In this document: piece by piece, positions 1 to 12,274 of the stretch
Layout: each line of letters starts with the position of its first letter
How positions within the stretch are numbered: position 1 is the first letter of the stretch
From: Diplonema japonicum
Lineage: Eukaryota; Protista; Euglenozoa: Diplonemea
DNA length: 64,000 nucleotides
Assembly (NCBI GenBank): GCA_964019335.1
Contig: OZ025690.1
Span: 62,001 to 126,000 of the forward strand
Reading direction: 5' to 3'
The notes under the pieces: model-generated
What the model was told of the DNA's origin: nothing
Seen by the model: only the letters and a program-made list of their open reading frames with translations
Database searches by the model: none
Position numbers and translations under genes: made by a program

Positions 1-97
1 GCCACAGAAGCAATTAAACACCAACTAGAGAGTTGTGGGAGGCTTGCTTCACTGACAAAAAAAAAAAAAGAAAAAAACTGTGTATAAATATTACAGG

Positions 98-446
98 CTA
101 CGAAATGGGCCCCATATTGTCAGAGACGTGCAGGGATGGGGTCATGGAGCTCGGCCACCCTGAGCCGAACTGGAAGCTGTTCGGGTTCGAACCCTGTTGT
201 TGTGTTTTGCTTGGATTACAACAGTGCGTACCTTGGGATACGTGGACCAGTCAGGTGCGGAGTTCGTGACGCCGGCCGCAGCGCCAGGATCGGGGTATGT
301 GTATTTAGAATCACTCAAACTAGGAGTTGGTTTGTGTCTGCTTTGTGGACATACGTGGGGATCTTCCTGAAGGACGGCCTCCAGGGAGCCCCGGATTTGG
401 CTGATATCGGCGGCCCCACCGCATGTGTGCTGAGTTTTGCCACCAT
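98..446 (-). CDS. small hypothetical protein (~91 aa), 3 exons
   Basis: ATG at 446. Introns 320..354 (GTATG...TAG, 35 nt) and 194..231 (GTACG...CAG, 38 nt) give an open frame MVAKLSTHAVGPPISAKSGAPWRPSFRKIPTLSDSKYTYPDP...DNMGPIS, TAG at 98-100. No homology recognised. Confidence 0.55.
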
Positions 447-622
447 ATGTCAGTTGGTTTCTTGTTTGTATTTGTGTAAGTGTTCTTTTTTCTCCCTCTC
501 TCCCCCCGGCACCCTCTGCCGCCTTCCTGTGCACTGATGAGGGAGGAAATGAAAAAAAATACAAGGGGGGGGGAAAGCCGGTCGATAATAAAAATTCAGT
601 TTTTTTCTCGTTTTCCGCTGGC

Positions 623-2147
623 TTAGTTCTCGGGGAGCTCTGTGCCACGCTTTCCTGATGAATTTCGTCTTGCCGCCGCTACCTCGTATTCCCATCTTAG
701 AAGTGATTCGCGGGTGAACTCCCGTTCTCGGGGGAGACCGGTGGCAACGCTCGTGCCAAGGAAATCTTCAATATGCTTGTTGCGTGGCTCGTTGGTCTCT
801 GGGTCGTCATACGCAAGAACCTATATTGTTCTCTTAAGTCTAGTGCCATACCTGTGACTTCGAGTACCCTCGTGAGAAGGTGTCCTTCCTGTGATCGTTG
901 AAGCTCTCCATCGCTGCAAGCACGTCGTCACCAGCTTGCTTCCGCAGCGTCACTGCGTCCGTCTCCTTTCTCACCTGCCTCGCGTCTTGCCTCATAGCTT
1001 CTCTGTAATGTCTCTTTAGCCTTGGATCATCTGTGGCCAGCTCCCACCAATCAGGGTCCACAAACCCTCTCGTAGGGTTCTGCACAGAACCCGCCGTCGC
1101 CTCCCAGTATGCGTTGACCTCTGGCATAGGCTTTCCTTTGTTGCGGTTCTTGATGACCTCTGCCCTCTTCTGTCGCATGGATGCCATCATTTCGTGGGAC
1201 TGTCTGTTCAGATCGTGCTCGCCGCTCAAACTGTGCTCGTTCTCAAAGTCTTCGTACTCCTTCGTCCTTGCGAGGGACTCGCTTAGGTTTTGGGCAGCGC
1301 CGTCGCGCCGCCTGTGCTCCTTGTAACCGTTTTCGAAGACTGTTTTGTACTCTTGCAACACCATCTTCTTCTCAAGCTGGTTGAGCTTTTTTCTGTCTGA
1401 CACGTGCTGCAGTCGCTTCCGGGCCACCTCTTCGCGTGCCTTTTGGATGTTCACCACGTACTCGTCTGCGATCTCCTCGCCGACCTCCCTGCGCAGCATG
1501 TCAAACTCGTCCTGTTCCATGAAGCCCACGTTGTCGAAGGCAGCAAGCGTCTCGCCGTCTGCATCGGGCCTGCCTTCCATTTCGTTGTCCGCTTTGACCC
1601 GCCTCTCGTCTTCTTGTGTGCCCAGCAAGGACGCCTGATACCTCTTATGCGCCGCTCTAGCATAGTCCCACTTGTGCTGTGCTCCGTCTACTGCAACATG
1701 CTGCAGATACTCCTTCGCTTTCTGCTCGCAGTACGGGTCACCACTTCGCAGGTCCGCGTCGATCCCCTTATACCGCCGAAGGACCCTTGCCTTCGCTTCT
1801 TCGATCCTCGCTGCAATCCTCACGTGCTCCTCCGGCCCTATTGGTTCGCCTCTCCGCACAGCCATCTTGTAGATCTTGTCCTCGGCAGCTTCCTGTTCCT
1901 TCTGCATCATGTACCTGCAGCCCCCGTCCATCTCTTGCTCTTCGTATATCTGCTGGTACACATCCAGTCTCTTATCAAACCTGGGATCCTTGTCCCCTGT
2001 GTAATCCCGGTAATGGTACTTCTCTTCGAGCAGCCCCTTTCGCTCTTCGTGGAAGGCCACAGTCTCGTCGATCCCGTGCGCACGCATCTTGTCTGCCAGC
2101 TCCTTGTGTCCCCTGAGCTGGGCACGGAGCATGGCCCGCCTCATCAT
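623..2147 (-). CDS. hypothetical charged alpha-helical protein (~497 aa), possible mitochondrial presequence
   Basis: ORF 840..2219 re-started at ATG 2147 (MMRRAMLRAQLR), just after ...CCACAG. A 31-nt intron 821..851 (GTATG...TAG) extends the frame to TAA at 623-625. Confidence 0.7.
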
Positions 2148-2200
2148 GATCTGTGGTAGGGTTGGTGGGGTGGCACGGGAAAAAGCAACAATACACAAGG

Positions 2201-3781
2201 TTACAAGGATGCCATGCAATCACGGCAGGGGACGGCTTCTAGAAAAGATACAAGCAGAGACACGAGGACAGCAGCAGCTGCCGCCCATGCCCAAGCCCCG
2301 AGCGTGAGGCCCATAGGCCTGAGGGACGCTGCTGTCGGTGGCTGGGGTTGCCGCACCGCGGGAAGCGGTCTGAAGACCTTCTTCGCTTTGTGACGATCAA
2401 GTGAAGGCGCACGTCTCTGCACGGGAATCGGTCTAGGCGATGGCGCAGGGCACGATGGCGGGGGTGATAGTTCATCGCTCGCAGTGGGCCTTCCGAAGGC
2501 AGGTGACTCTGTCTCGCGCTCGCTACTCTTGGAGCACATCAGCCCATCCGACTTCCTCACGCTGTCCTCATCGTCGACACGCGGAGACGCATCAGGCTCC
2601 TCACCCTCTTCGTTTCTCCTACGATAAGGGGGCGGTGGTGTGAGCTCCTTGTCCTCGGGCTTCTCTGGTTTCAAGACTAGGTTAACATGCTCCTCGATGT
2701 TCCGCTCGAACCTGCGTATTGTCCTCGCAACTGTCGTGGGTGGCGTTATGGGCAGCACAGGCACCACTGCAGGCGGTGTCGGCGGCATTGGGGACATTCG
2801 CGGTGCGTTGGGCGACAGGCGTGGTGCCAGCCGCATCATATTCCGTGCAGTCTCAATGCCATCGACAGGAGGCGGGGAATGGGGCAGCGGGGGGCTTGTT
2901 TCTGCAAGCTTGATAACTGTCTTTGGAGGCGTCACAACCTGTTCTTTTTCCGACAAGTAACCTGTGCCTTGGTCAGCTGCCATGATATCTTCGTCAACTG
3001 CCATTGTGCCCTGGACAACTACCATGGTGCCCTGGTCAACTGCCATGGTGCTTTGGTCAACTGCCATGGTGTCTGTGTCTTCGTCAACTGCCACGGTGCT
3101 GCCTTGGTCAATTGCCATGGTGCTTTGGTCAACTGTCATAATGTTTTGATCACCTGCCATTGTGCCTTGGTCATGAACTTGTTGCGGGATAGGGTCCACC
3201 GCCATGTCGACAGTCGTTTCAATAACAGTATTAGTGGCGGTGGTGGCTGTGGCAGTGTGCATGGCGAGCTCGATGAGCTTCTTCGTCTCCATGTTGATCT
3301 CTTTCTGAAGTGAGGCCAACTCTTCGCCTTCCTCGTGACCCCTGGTGTCTTGGTTCTTCATGGAGACAGCGAGCTGCTGCAGCATCTGCGCCTCTTTGAC
3401 CGCTTCGTTGATGATGTCGATGGGTGCCTCTAGGCTGGGGGGGATTCCTGTCATGGAGGTGGCACGGGACCTTGATGGGGGCTTCGAAATGGTGTAGTTC
3501 ACAGGTGACTCTAGAAGTTCCATGAGCTTTTCGTTTTCCTCTCTCATTTCGGCTGACCTTGTGACGAGCACACTGAGCTGTTCGGCCTGCTTGCCCAGCT
3601 GCTCCCGCAACTGTTCATGGCTGCCTTCGTCAGACTCGATCACGGCGTACAGGCAGTTCAGCGCATCCTCGCAGTTCACCAGCGCCTCGGCACACAGCAC
3701 CTCGTCCCCGTCTTCCACATTCAAGTTCTCCGCCCTTTGCACCAACCGCAGGGCCACATCAACCAGTTCCCCGCCACTCAT
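2201..3781 (-). CDS. tail-anchored protein: MIT-like N-terminal helices, coiled coil, 7-aa repeats, Pro-rich region, C-terminal TM helix
   Basis: 526-aa ORF. N-terminus ALRLVQRAENL...EALVNCEDALNCL resembles an MIT helix bundle. Hydrophobic C-terminus AWAWAAAAAVLVSLLVSFL. Confidence 0.65.
   Translation of the reverse strand: MSGGELVDVALRLVQRAENLNVEDGDEVLCAEALVNCEDALNCLYAVIESDEGSHEQLREQLGKQAEQLSVLVTRSAEMREENEKLMELLESPVNYTISKPPSRSRATSMTGIPPSLEAPIDIINEAVKEAQMLQQLAVSMKNQDTRGHEEGEELASLQKEINMETKKLIELAMHTATATTATNTVIETTVDMAVDPIPQQVHDQGTMAGDQNIMTVDQSTMAIDQGSTVAVDEDTDTMAVDQSTMAVDQGTMVVVQGTMAVDEDIMAADQGTGYLSEKEQVVTPPKTVIKLAETSPPLPHSPPPVDGIETARNMMRLAPRLSPNAPRMSPMPPTPPAVVPVLPITPPTTVARTIRRFERNIEEHVNLVLKPEKPEDKELTPPPPYRRRNEEGEEPDASPRVDDEDSVRKSDGLMCSKSSERETESPAFGRPTASDELSPPPSCPAPSPRPIPVQRRAPSLDRHKAKKVFRPLPAVRQPQPPTAASLRPMGLTLGAWAWAAAAAVLVSLLVSFLEAVPCRDCMASL
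2961..3170. repeat. coding tandem repeat, ~21-nt unit (TMAVDQG/S)
   Basis: Roughly 9 degenerate copies of ccatggtgc(c/t)(c/t)tggtcaactg. Confidence 0.85.
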
Positions 3782-4039
3782 ACCACCATCACACCTGTGT
3801 GTGTTTCATTGTCTGGCAAAGCAAAAAAGATTAGAACAAGAAATAGGTACACTGAGAGGACCCATAAGCAGAAAAAAAGACATTCTGACTTTAGAACGGA
3901 AACTAAGTATATAAAAAAAATCTTTCTTTTTTTTCCCAGGTGAGAGAAGACCGTTTTCTTACGTATAACACAGTGGTTTTTTTTTTTTTTTTTTTTTTTT
4001 GTTTTTTTTGTTCCTTAAATATTTCCTCTCCCCTCCCCT

Positions 4040-4833
4040 CTAAAACAGATTAGAAAAAGGGTCCGCACTTCTCGAGACACGGGGAGATGAGGAGCTTTGG
4101 CCGGCGCTTGAGGGGGACCCGTAAGAAGGCATGGGGGAGGAGTACTGCGGGGCGAATTGAGGTGCTTGTTGTTGTTGCTGTTGTCCACCAAGATGGTAAA
4201 GCCAGTTCCCGCCTGTAAAAGTTGAAAGAAAAAAGAAAAAAAAAAGAGAGAGACAAATATACCGGTTTGTTGAGTCTGAGCCGGCTGGTTCTTCATGCGC
4301 TGCTCCATGTCATACTGCTGCCTGGTGACGGGGTCCGACAGCACTTCATGGGCTTTCGTTATGAGCTTGAACATCTGTTGATCGTCTTCATGAAGATTTG
4401 GGTTTCTGTCAGGGTGCAGCTTCAAGGATTTCTGCTTGTAAGAGACTCTGATGTCTTCTAAGGAGGCTATTTCAGTCAGCCCGAGAAGCTCGTAGTAGCT
4501 CATCAGCTGCTGCATCATTTTATTGGGCCCAAGGGCTTCTTGGGCGGTGCCTTGCATGAATAGATCGTCGCCGCCGCCTTGTTGCAACCGTATCTCTGCC
4601 AAGGTTTTGTTTCTTGTGTTGCTTGCTTGTGGGGGTGCTGTGTAATTCACGGGGCTGCCAGCTGAAGGTGCAAAAATATCATCCAAGCCACCTGTGCTTC
4701 CTGTCGCTGAGCCGCTTCCCTGTGTGGCCTTTGCGCTCACTCCAGTGTCACCAAACCCATCTAGTCCTAAAAAGTCCACGCTCTCATACCGCTCACGTTG
4801 CACTACCGACAGGTACGCGTCCCATTCCTCCAT
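4040..4833 (-). CDS. DnaJ (J-domain) protein, 2 exons
   Basis: YYELLGL...SLKLHPDRN...FKLITKAHEVLSDPVTRQQYD with an HPD motif. Poly-T intron 4213..4262 (50 nt) gives C-terminus GGNWLYHLGGQQQQ...DPFSNLF*. Confidence 0.9.
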
Positions 4834-5940
4834 TTTCCTTTTTTTTTTAAAGAAAAACCTTAGTGGAGGGGGATCTTTTTGGGGGGGGGGGGTAAAAAAA
4901 AGAATGAATGGGGAAAAGAAAGAAGGAACGAATTCTCTACTGGTTTTGACTGTAGTTTGTGGGTGAGGGGGAGAAATTGCACGGGGCGGGGGAGAAGGGA
5001 TATTTTTGTTGTGATTGGGATCATATCATCTTTTTTTCACAGCTTTTGTATGTTTTCTTTTTTTTTTTGTCCCCACATTTTTCTTTTTTTCTTTTTTTAC
5101 TTCGCATTGTGATGAAACGCTTAAAAAAAAAAAACGACGCAGTTCCCCCCCCTTTTTTTTGTATGTTCTTTTTTTTTTTTTTTTTTTTTTTTAAACTCTT
5201 GGGAGTGAGAAAAAAGGTGGCAATTTGTTTGTGCGTGCCCGTGATGAATCGAACCAAAGAGAGAAAAGAATACAAAGTGAGGCTCTTGTCATGCTCCCCG
5301 CACAAATATCAGGAGAACAGGGAGGAAAAGCATTTTCTTCGTCCACTATATAAAAACCATTTTAGTGACACGCATAGGTGCTGGGGGGGATACAGAGATT
5401 GCAGGGGGGAAATAAGATCTTCGCATAAACGGTAAAAAGATTTCCAAATAAAATAGCGCGATATATATTTCCATTAATGAACACACAAAAAGTAAAATAT
5501 TTGGGATATACCCATTTGTAGTGTTCACAATAAGAAACCTCTTAATTAGCTCCCTCGGGCAAAACAAAAAAAAAGGGGGGGGAAAGCGGTTTTCTTTATT
5601 TTTTTGTGGTGGCGCGAAAAAGAGCCTCACAAAGCAAAAAATAGTTCTTTGATGACTTATGTCTTTAGCTGTAGTCATTTTTTTTTTTTTTTTTCATTTG
5701 TCACAAAGGGTCGAACACACAGAAACGAGAATAAAACAAACAAACAAACAAACAAATATAACAAAAAAGAAAAACAAAAAAAAAGGGGGGGGGCGATACC
5801 TTACCGCGGGTTTGCGAAAAAACAACAAAAAAAAAAGAGAGAGAGAGGAAGAACTACTTTGACAACGTCCGGTAGCTTCATCAATAATAAAATAAAAGAA
5901 AAAAGAGGGTGTAAAAAAAAGAGAAAAAAAAACCCCTGTC

Positions 5941-7939
5941 CTAGGACTGTTTAACAGTCGCGAGAGACTCCCCCATCCTCGTGAGTGTTTCAGTCGGTTT
6001 CATGGTGTTGTTGACTAAATCACGGTCAAAGGCGAGCGAATCCTTCTTGAAGAGCTGTTTTTTTTTTTTTTCTTTTTTTTTTTATTGCTGCCATACCGTG
6101 ATCACAGTGGAGCCTCCGAACGCAAAATAACCAAAGTCCTGTCCCGCAGCCACGGTGTCGCCTTCTTTGACCGTGAAATTGATCGACCCGACCAAAGTTG
6201 CACCGACAGCTACATACACCATTGTACCTTTGATTTTTTTTTTTTTTTTTTTCCCCTTCCCCTCTCCCTCGTTCCACACCTATGCAAGGGGTCTCGACCT
6301 CGACAACGACACGGGCGTTCTCTGTGAAGACGTCTACTGAAGACCTGACCGCTACAGGATTCACAGTGTAGTACTCCCCCTCGATGGGGGTCATGGAGAT
6401 GATCTTCCCCGCACACACCGCATGGAACCTATGGTAGTCCTGCGGCGCCAGACGTGACACGCACACATGGGGCTTCTCGCCCAGGCTTTCCAACACCGAA
6501 CTGTTTTTCACAAGGTTCCCCACCGTGAAGGCCCGTCCCTTCACCCACAGCGTTTGTGCCTCTTCAAACGAATTGAAGACAAGCGTCCGCGCATCTGCAG
6601 GGCAGACCACGACCCCCGCACTGCCCTCATCAGCACTTGCTATCGGCCGTGCGTCCTGTCTCAGCTTTCTGTAGAAGAACTCGTTGAACGTTTTGTACTC
6701 ATTCAGCTCCAGCAGGCACTCGTCCGTGCTGATATTGTGGAAGTCAATGAAGCCTTGAATGTCCGCCGTCGATGACGGGCTGTCGTACTTTGCCGACTGT
6801 TGCTTTGTGAAGCGTTTCAACATCCCAGCCGCCAGCTCCGGTTTCGCACCGTACATCACACTCATGCCCAGCTTCACATAGGCGGGGATGGCTTCCTTTT
6901 CCATGCGCCCTGTCCTTCTGTCTTGGTAGAAGATGGTCGTCCCGCTGTTCCGCCCTTCCTTGTCCTCGGTGTGCTTCTTGTCTGCGATGCCAGCGGCCCC
7001 GTGTGCTGTCATGGAGTGGCTTTCCGAGAGAATGAGCTTCTGGACGGGGTTCTTGCTCATCTTGTCCCCGAACACGCCCACCCCGGACTGGAAGAGGAAC
7101 AGTGCTACGACCCATACGGTGTTCTCGTCTTTGGCTTCTAGAAGGTCCTCCGGGAGGGCACGGTCTGACGCCTTGCAGGTCAGTTGTATCTGCTCTACGA
7201 TGTCGCGCATGACTGACGAGGAGCGCATGTCGGCGGGCAGCGTGCTGACGTGTTCCTCTGACGACATGAAATTGCAAAACTCTGTGGCGTCGACCTTCAT
7301 GTTGCCGTCTTTGTCAAGCGCGGAAAAGAACTTGTCGAGATGGTTGGCAGCATGGCTGCCGACGACCTTCAAGACCACCGCCAGCTCGTCCTTGTCGAGG
7401 GTCCCGTCGCGGTTGCTGTCGAACATCTCAAACACGTACGACCAGTAGAGGCGCTCGATGTCCTCCTTGCGGTGCGCCTTCGCTTTGAGGAAAAGCTTGC
7501 CGCCGTCCTTCCCGTCTGGTGTCTTGAGCTGCAACACGATAGGGCTCTCGCCGGATGAGATCAGCGTTGTGATGGATATGTCAGCAGAGCTGATGTGGTC
7601 GTTCTTAGACGCCTTATCCTCGTCGTAGAGCTCCAGGAAGAGCTTGAAGCCTTTTTCAAGGTCCGTCACGAAGAAGTATACCAGTTGCTCCCAGTTGGGG
7701 TTCTTGCTCCGCTTGCACGTCGTTGTGCGGTACACATGTCGCCCGAAAGTGACCACCACAAAGGGGTCGGCGCCACCGCCGATGTCCATGTCGGGCACCT
7801 CCTCACCCCCGACCACCTCAAGCTCCATCAGGCAGTCTATCTCACCACCTGCTAATGTGCTTCGTCGCATATTCAATCGTTCCACTCCGGCCACGGACAT
7901 GGCCCCGGTGTTTTGTTCTTTTGACGCCCCACATCCCAT
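5941..7939 (-). CDS. PSD2: phosphatidylserine decarboxylase, Psd2/PSD3 type (C2 + EF-hands), 3 exons, ~634 aa
   Basis: MGCGASK acylation-type N-terminus, C2 domain, EF-hands ([24 protein letters not shown]), [15 protein letters not shown] and [11 protein letters not shown]. Introns 6228..6279 and 6055..6096 restore [11 protein letters not shown] and the GGST self-cleavage motif ([10 protein letters not shown]). Confidence 0.93.
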
Positions 7940-8107
7940 CTCCTGCGGTGTGGTGAGAAAACGCAATCAGTGTTTTTTGCGAGATATACAAAGAATCTAG
8001 GGTACTCGTGTTGTTTTTTCTCTAGGACTTACACATTAAAAAAGCAATCTTTTTTTTTGTTTTGTTTTCTAACTTACAATAAAGAAAAAGAAATGTGGTG
8101 GATAGCC

Positions 8108-10286
8108 TTACTTCCCAAACAGCTTCTGAAGCTCCAGCTGCTCCTCCTCGTTCTCTCTGGCGTCGGCTTCGAATAGCTTCATGCGGTGCGTGATCGACAG
8201 CTGCTTCAGCTTCGCAGTTTGCATCAAAAGTTCTTCACGTGGATCCGTGCACTTTACGCCTGCTTCCCGGAGCGACCTTGCGCTGTTCGCAAAGTCTTTA
8301 GTGGCGTCTTCAGCTGGGTAAAAGGTATTTGTGTGGTTTCTTTCTCCCCCGAGCATACATTTCCGATGCAGAACCTCTACCTTCTCCAAGCACTCCTGTC
8401 TCATGCTTTCTAGCTCCTTTGCGTGGCTCAAGTACTGCGGGGGTTGTGAAATCCTCTTTTTGCCTTATGTCCATACTAGTGAAGATTGATCGTCGCACAC
8501 ATCTATGACACTCTCGTGGTGTGCAGTGCTCTTCTGGTGCCTGATGAGCCTGCCGCACTCCTTAACCCGCTCTTCCATCTTGAAGATCTGCTCCCCGTTG
8601 GTAAGGAAGTACCTGAAGTGAGATGTGCATTAACACCATTGGTGAACATACTTCCTAAAGACACGGTGGTGCTGCTTCTGCTCCTCCAGCCTGTGGTCAC
8701 GAAGTTCGCCCTCGACCATTGCCATCTTGGTCCCAATGCCCCCTGCGGCAGTGGCCACCCATCCTGTATTTCTTTTGTTTTCGTGTTACGTTGTGCATAC
8801 TGTCCACGAGTTTATGCAGCTGTGCTACCACGGTCAAGTAGTCCTTCACCTCCTGCATTTGCTGCAGGTGTGTCTGCTGTGTTTTGCACTGCGCTTCGAA
8901 GTATCGCTGCTTTGCGTCGCTCGCTTCGAACATTTCGATCCTCTTGTTGACGATTGCCCACCTCCTCTCGGCGAGGTCTTTGTACTCTTTGTGCAGCCCT
9001 GCCATCTGCTCTTCTATCTGCTTCTGCGCGTCCTCCGTCTCGTCGAGCTCTTTGTCGTATTTGCTGATCACCGCGTTCGCTTCCTCCACTTCCTTCATCC
9101 TCACCTGCGACATCTTGCTGTGTGTCTCCACCAGCTTCTTTGCGTCCTGCTCCAGCACGTCGTCGAGGCTGTCGCACTTCATCTTCCCCGCTGCGATCTC
9201 CCGGTCGCTCATAAGCTTCGCGTCTTCAATCTCAGGAGTGAGCACGTCCTGCCCCGACCCGACAAGGAGCTTGAGCCTGCTCTTGATGACCTGCAGCGCG
9301 TCCTCCATTGTGGAGAGGGACTGGTCTTGGAGGATCTCGGCGGTTCTGAGGTCACCCTCTTCTTTCGCGTGGTGGCATGCTTCCTCGATGTTGGCGACCT
9401 TCTTCTGCAGTGCGTAGAGGGTTTCGGATGACTGCTTGAGGCTGTCGAGGGTGGTGGACGCCTCGAAGAGCTCAGAGTTGAGGTGCCTGTGGAGGTTGAA
9501 GACGATGTCTGTCAACGTGTGGCTGACACCGCAGCTGAGGAGCTCATCGCGGAGCTCCTCTTCATGCGAGGCGGCGACCTTGGTGGTGAGGAGGGTGTCG
9601 AGAACATTGCGTGCGGTGGAAGGGTCGGGCAGCACCTGCTTCAGGATATCCTTCATGACGGCGGGGGTCATCTCGAGGCTGGCGTCGCGCATCATCTGCG
9701 TGGTGGTGTACTCGGGGAGGAAGTCGCACACAGTCTTCGAGAACACCGCCATGCTCTGCGCAGCCTTTCTGTTCTTCAAGCTGATGTCTTGAAGCTTCTT
9801 CTCCCATTCTTGTTTGAAGGCCGCATGTGACCTTCGCAGGCTTGTCTCGCTGTCGATGAGATCCGCTTTTGACCGAAGGTACGCTGCCTTCTGTTTAACA
9901 GCCTGCGAGGCCTCCTTCCGTCTTGACTGTGACTCTTCGTCTTTGTTGATCTCTATCTCTAGCTGCGTCATGACGTCTGACAACGGCACTGTAGGAGGGA
10001 TCTTCTTGATCACATTCTCGAGGTAAGCGTCGTACTTGCCGTCGGGTACCTTGAGGCTGCGCTTGATGTCGTCTAAGGTGGTGTGGCTGTGGTTGTGGCC
10101 GTGTGCAATGTGGCTCGATTCCAGGGTTTCCGTTGCGGATCTGTGGTGGTGTTGCGCCTCCGCAATCCCTGACTCGTCCATGACCCCCGCGCTCAACACA
10201 CTGGTTCCTATCCCACCTGATGAATCTAGCATGATCTCCCCTTCTCCTTTCCCGAAGAACTGCTGCAATTTGTGAAGTTCTCCCAT
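8108..10286 (-). CDS. paraflagellar rod family protein (divergent PFR-like), 5 exons, ~671 aa
   Basis: Introns 8764..8800, 8613..8651, 8435..8476 and 8314..8358 (all GTATG...CAG). The spliced C-terminus FRKYFLTNGEQIFKMEERV...EKVEVLHRKSEDATKDFANSARSLREAGVKCTDPREE is in register with the PFR1/2 C-terminal motif as I recall it (FRxLYxTLGQLxYKKEKRL...EELEMLKDKMAQALEMFGPTEDALNQAGI). Confidence 0.8.
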
Positions 10287-10929
10287 GGTCCCTCCCTTTT
10301 TTTTTTTTTTACCCCACGCCCACCCCCCTGGCCTGATTTTTTTTTTTTTTTCCTAGATCTGAAAATTAAAAAAAAAAAAAAACACAAAAGAAAAGAAAAG
10401 TTTTTTTTTGCAAAGGAACATAGGGGGAGAAGTGTACAACCCCATGTTAGTGGCACGAATTTTGTGTGCGTGAGGCGAGTTGAGGGGTCCTCGACGAAGC
10501 CTTTCTGTAAGCACATAGAAAAAAAAAATAAAAAGAAATTTTCCTTTATAACTCTTTTCTAAGTTCAGTTCTTTTGTGTTTTGTGTTTTGTGTTTTGTGT
10601 CTTTTCTTTTCTTTTCTTTTCCTTTCTTTTCTTTTCGTTCCCTTTCTCCCCCTCTTTTTTCTAAATACTTTTTAACCCACCCCGGTGTTTCTATTAAGAG
10701 GGTAACGAGGATAACAACAACAACAAAAAAGAAAAAAAAAAGATTCACTCTTTTTCTTTAAAAAAGGCATAACAATTCATTTACAGTTATTGTATTTTTC
10801 TTTTTTTTTCCCCTTCCCTTCTTTTTTTTTTTTCCTTTTTCTTTTTAAGATAAAATATAAAAAAAAAAAAGAGGGGACTCTACCCTTTTCCCTCCCTCTC
10901 TTGTTTTTTTTTCTTTTTCTTTTCTTTTT

Positions 10930-12161
10930 TTACGCGGTTAATTCAGGCTTATCAGCATCCCCCAAATGAATTTGTGCTTTGACCTCCTTAACCGCCTTGT
11001 CTTCGACCTTTTTATATAAAAAAAAAGTTTTTTTTTTTTATTGTCCCCCTCCGCATCTCATACCAACCCGTATCCAGTTGGGCACATGTCCTTGACCTTC
11101 ACCTCTTTTCCATTGACAGTGATTACGTGCTCCTCCACCCTCTTCAACCCTTCAGGAGTGTTCATCGCCTTCCACCATTGGGTGCTGTGCAGAACTTTGT
11201 CAAATATCTCGGGTTTTTTCGCACCCGCGTTAAAATGAAAAATGGCCGGCGTGGAGCTTGTGGCACAATTTCGCAGTGGTTGCTGTATCTCGGGCCAACC
11301 ACAGATTTTTCTAATTTTTTTTTTTTCCCCCCTCCCTCATTCCCCATACTTTTCTGATAAATACACGCTCATCCACAAAAGCTGGCTGTAGTCCAACCCA
11401 TGCTTGTACTTCCAGCCACGTTTCACATGGGACTCCGCGATGAATGCTTGATCGGCTTGATTTGTACGTCCGTTCCGGTCGGTGTCGACCGTTTCAAAAA
11501 GTTGTTTGGCAACAGATGCACGGCCTGCCCAGCCGCCTGAGTTCAACCATCTGTAAGGGGTGTCCACAGTGGAGGGGATGTCATGGAGGTTCTTGCATTC
11601 CTCTTTAGTGAGGGTTTTCATGCCGCAGTTCATCTCTGCTGACCAGATGAACTCGTTGTGGTGTTTCAGCTTCTGAACGTTGGCTGTTGTGATGTAAGCA
11701 AGACGGATCTCGTCCATGCCCGTGTTGAATAAGGAATCGCCTGCATCAACAAAGACAATGACATCGTCATCTGGGTACTTTTTTGACATTTCTTTGAACC
11801 ACAGAATTTTTCGCCACCATCCCCTTACGCCGTGGAGTTCTGTGTCGCCCCACCCGTATACATCTAGTGAAATGTTATTCATAGCTGCCGATGCCAGCAT
11901 GGTGCAGTGGTATTTTCTCGGCTCTGTCAGGATTGTTGTGAACCTCAGCCGTCCCTTGCCTCGCTGTTGCGATGCGACCTCTTCCTCGTCCGTTATGCCC
12001 TCATATACGCTAGATATCGCCACGTGGGTGTTGATGTTAGGCGCGTAGAGGACGTTGAAGACGAGCACGAACAAAAACGCTGCCAGCACCAAAGGGGTGA
12101 TGATCTTATTGCTTGAAACGTTCCCCGTTGGGGGGCGGGACTGCCTTGTGCCGGTTTGCAT
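10930..12161 (-). CDS. type II membrane glycosyltransferase, PLOD/procollagen GT-domain-like, 3 exons, ~378 aa
   Basis: N-terminal TM helix, VFVDAGD (DxD), WSAEMNC and YRWLNSGGWAG. Introns 11311..11349 and 11008..11063 restore PAIFHFNAG. Confidence 0.82.
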
Positions 12162-12234
12162 TTTTTTTTTTCTTTTTTTTTAAACTTCCGCTCCCCCCCT
12201 ACCCCCAACCCGCCTCCGGGTTTCTTTGGTTTGT

Positions 12235-12274
<40 letters not shown>

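Noticed and set aside
2148-2203. Fusion of ORF 2201..3781 with 840..2219 via an intron
   Set aside because: Splicing from the available GTAACC donor to the CAG gives an immediate stop, and the downstream gene has its own presequence-like start.
2961-3170. CRISPR-like array
   Set aside because: In-frame coding minisatellite without unique spacers, in a eukaryotic gene.
7088-7117. 30-nt GTATG...CCAG in-frame candidate intron in PSD
   Set aside because: It does not break the frame, and the encoded [10 protein letters not shown] seems to correspond to a helix present in Psd2-type enzymes. Left as coding pending cDNA.
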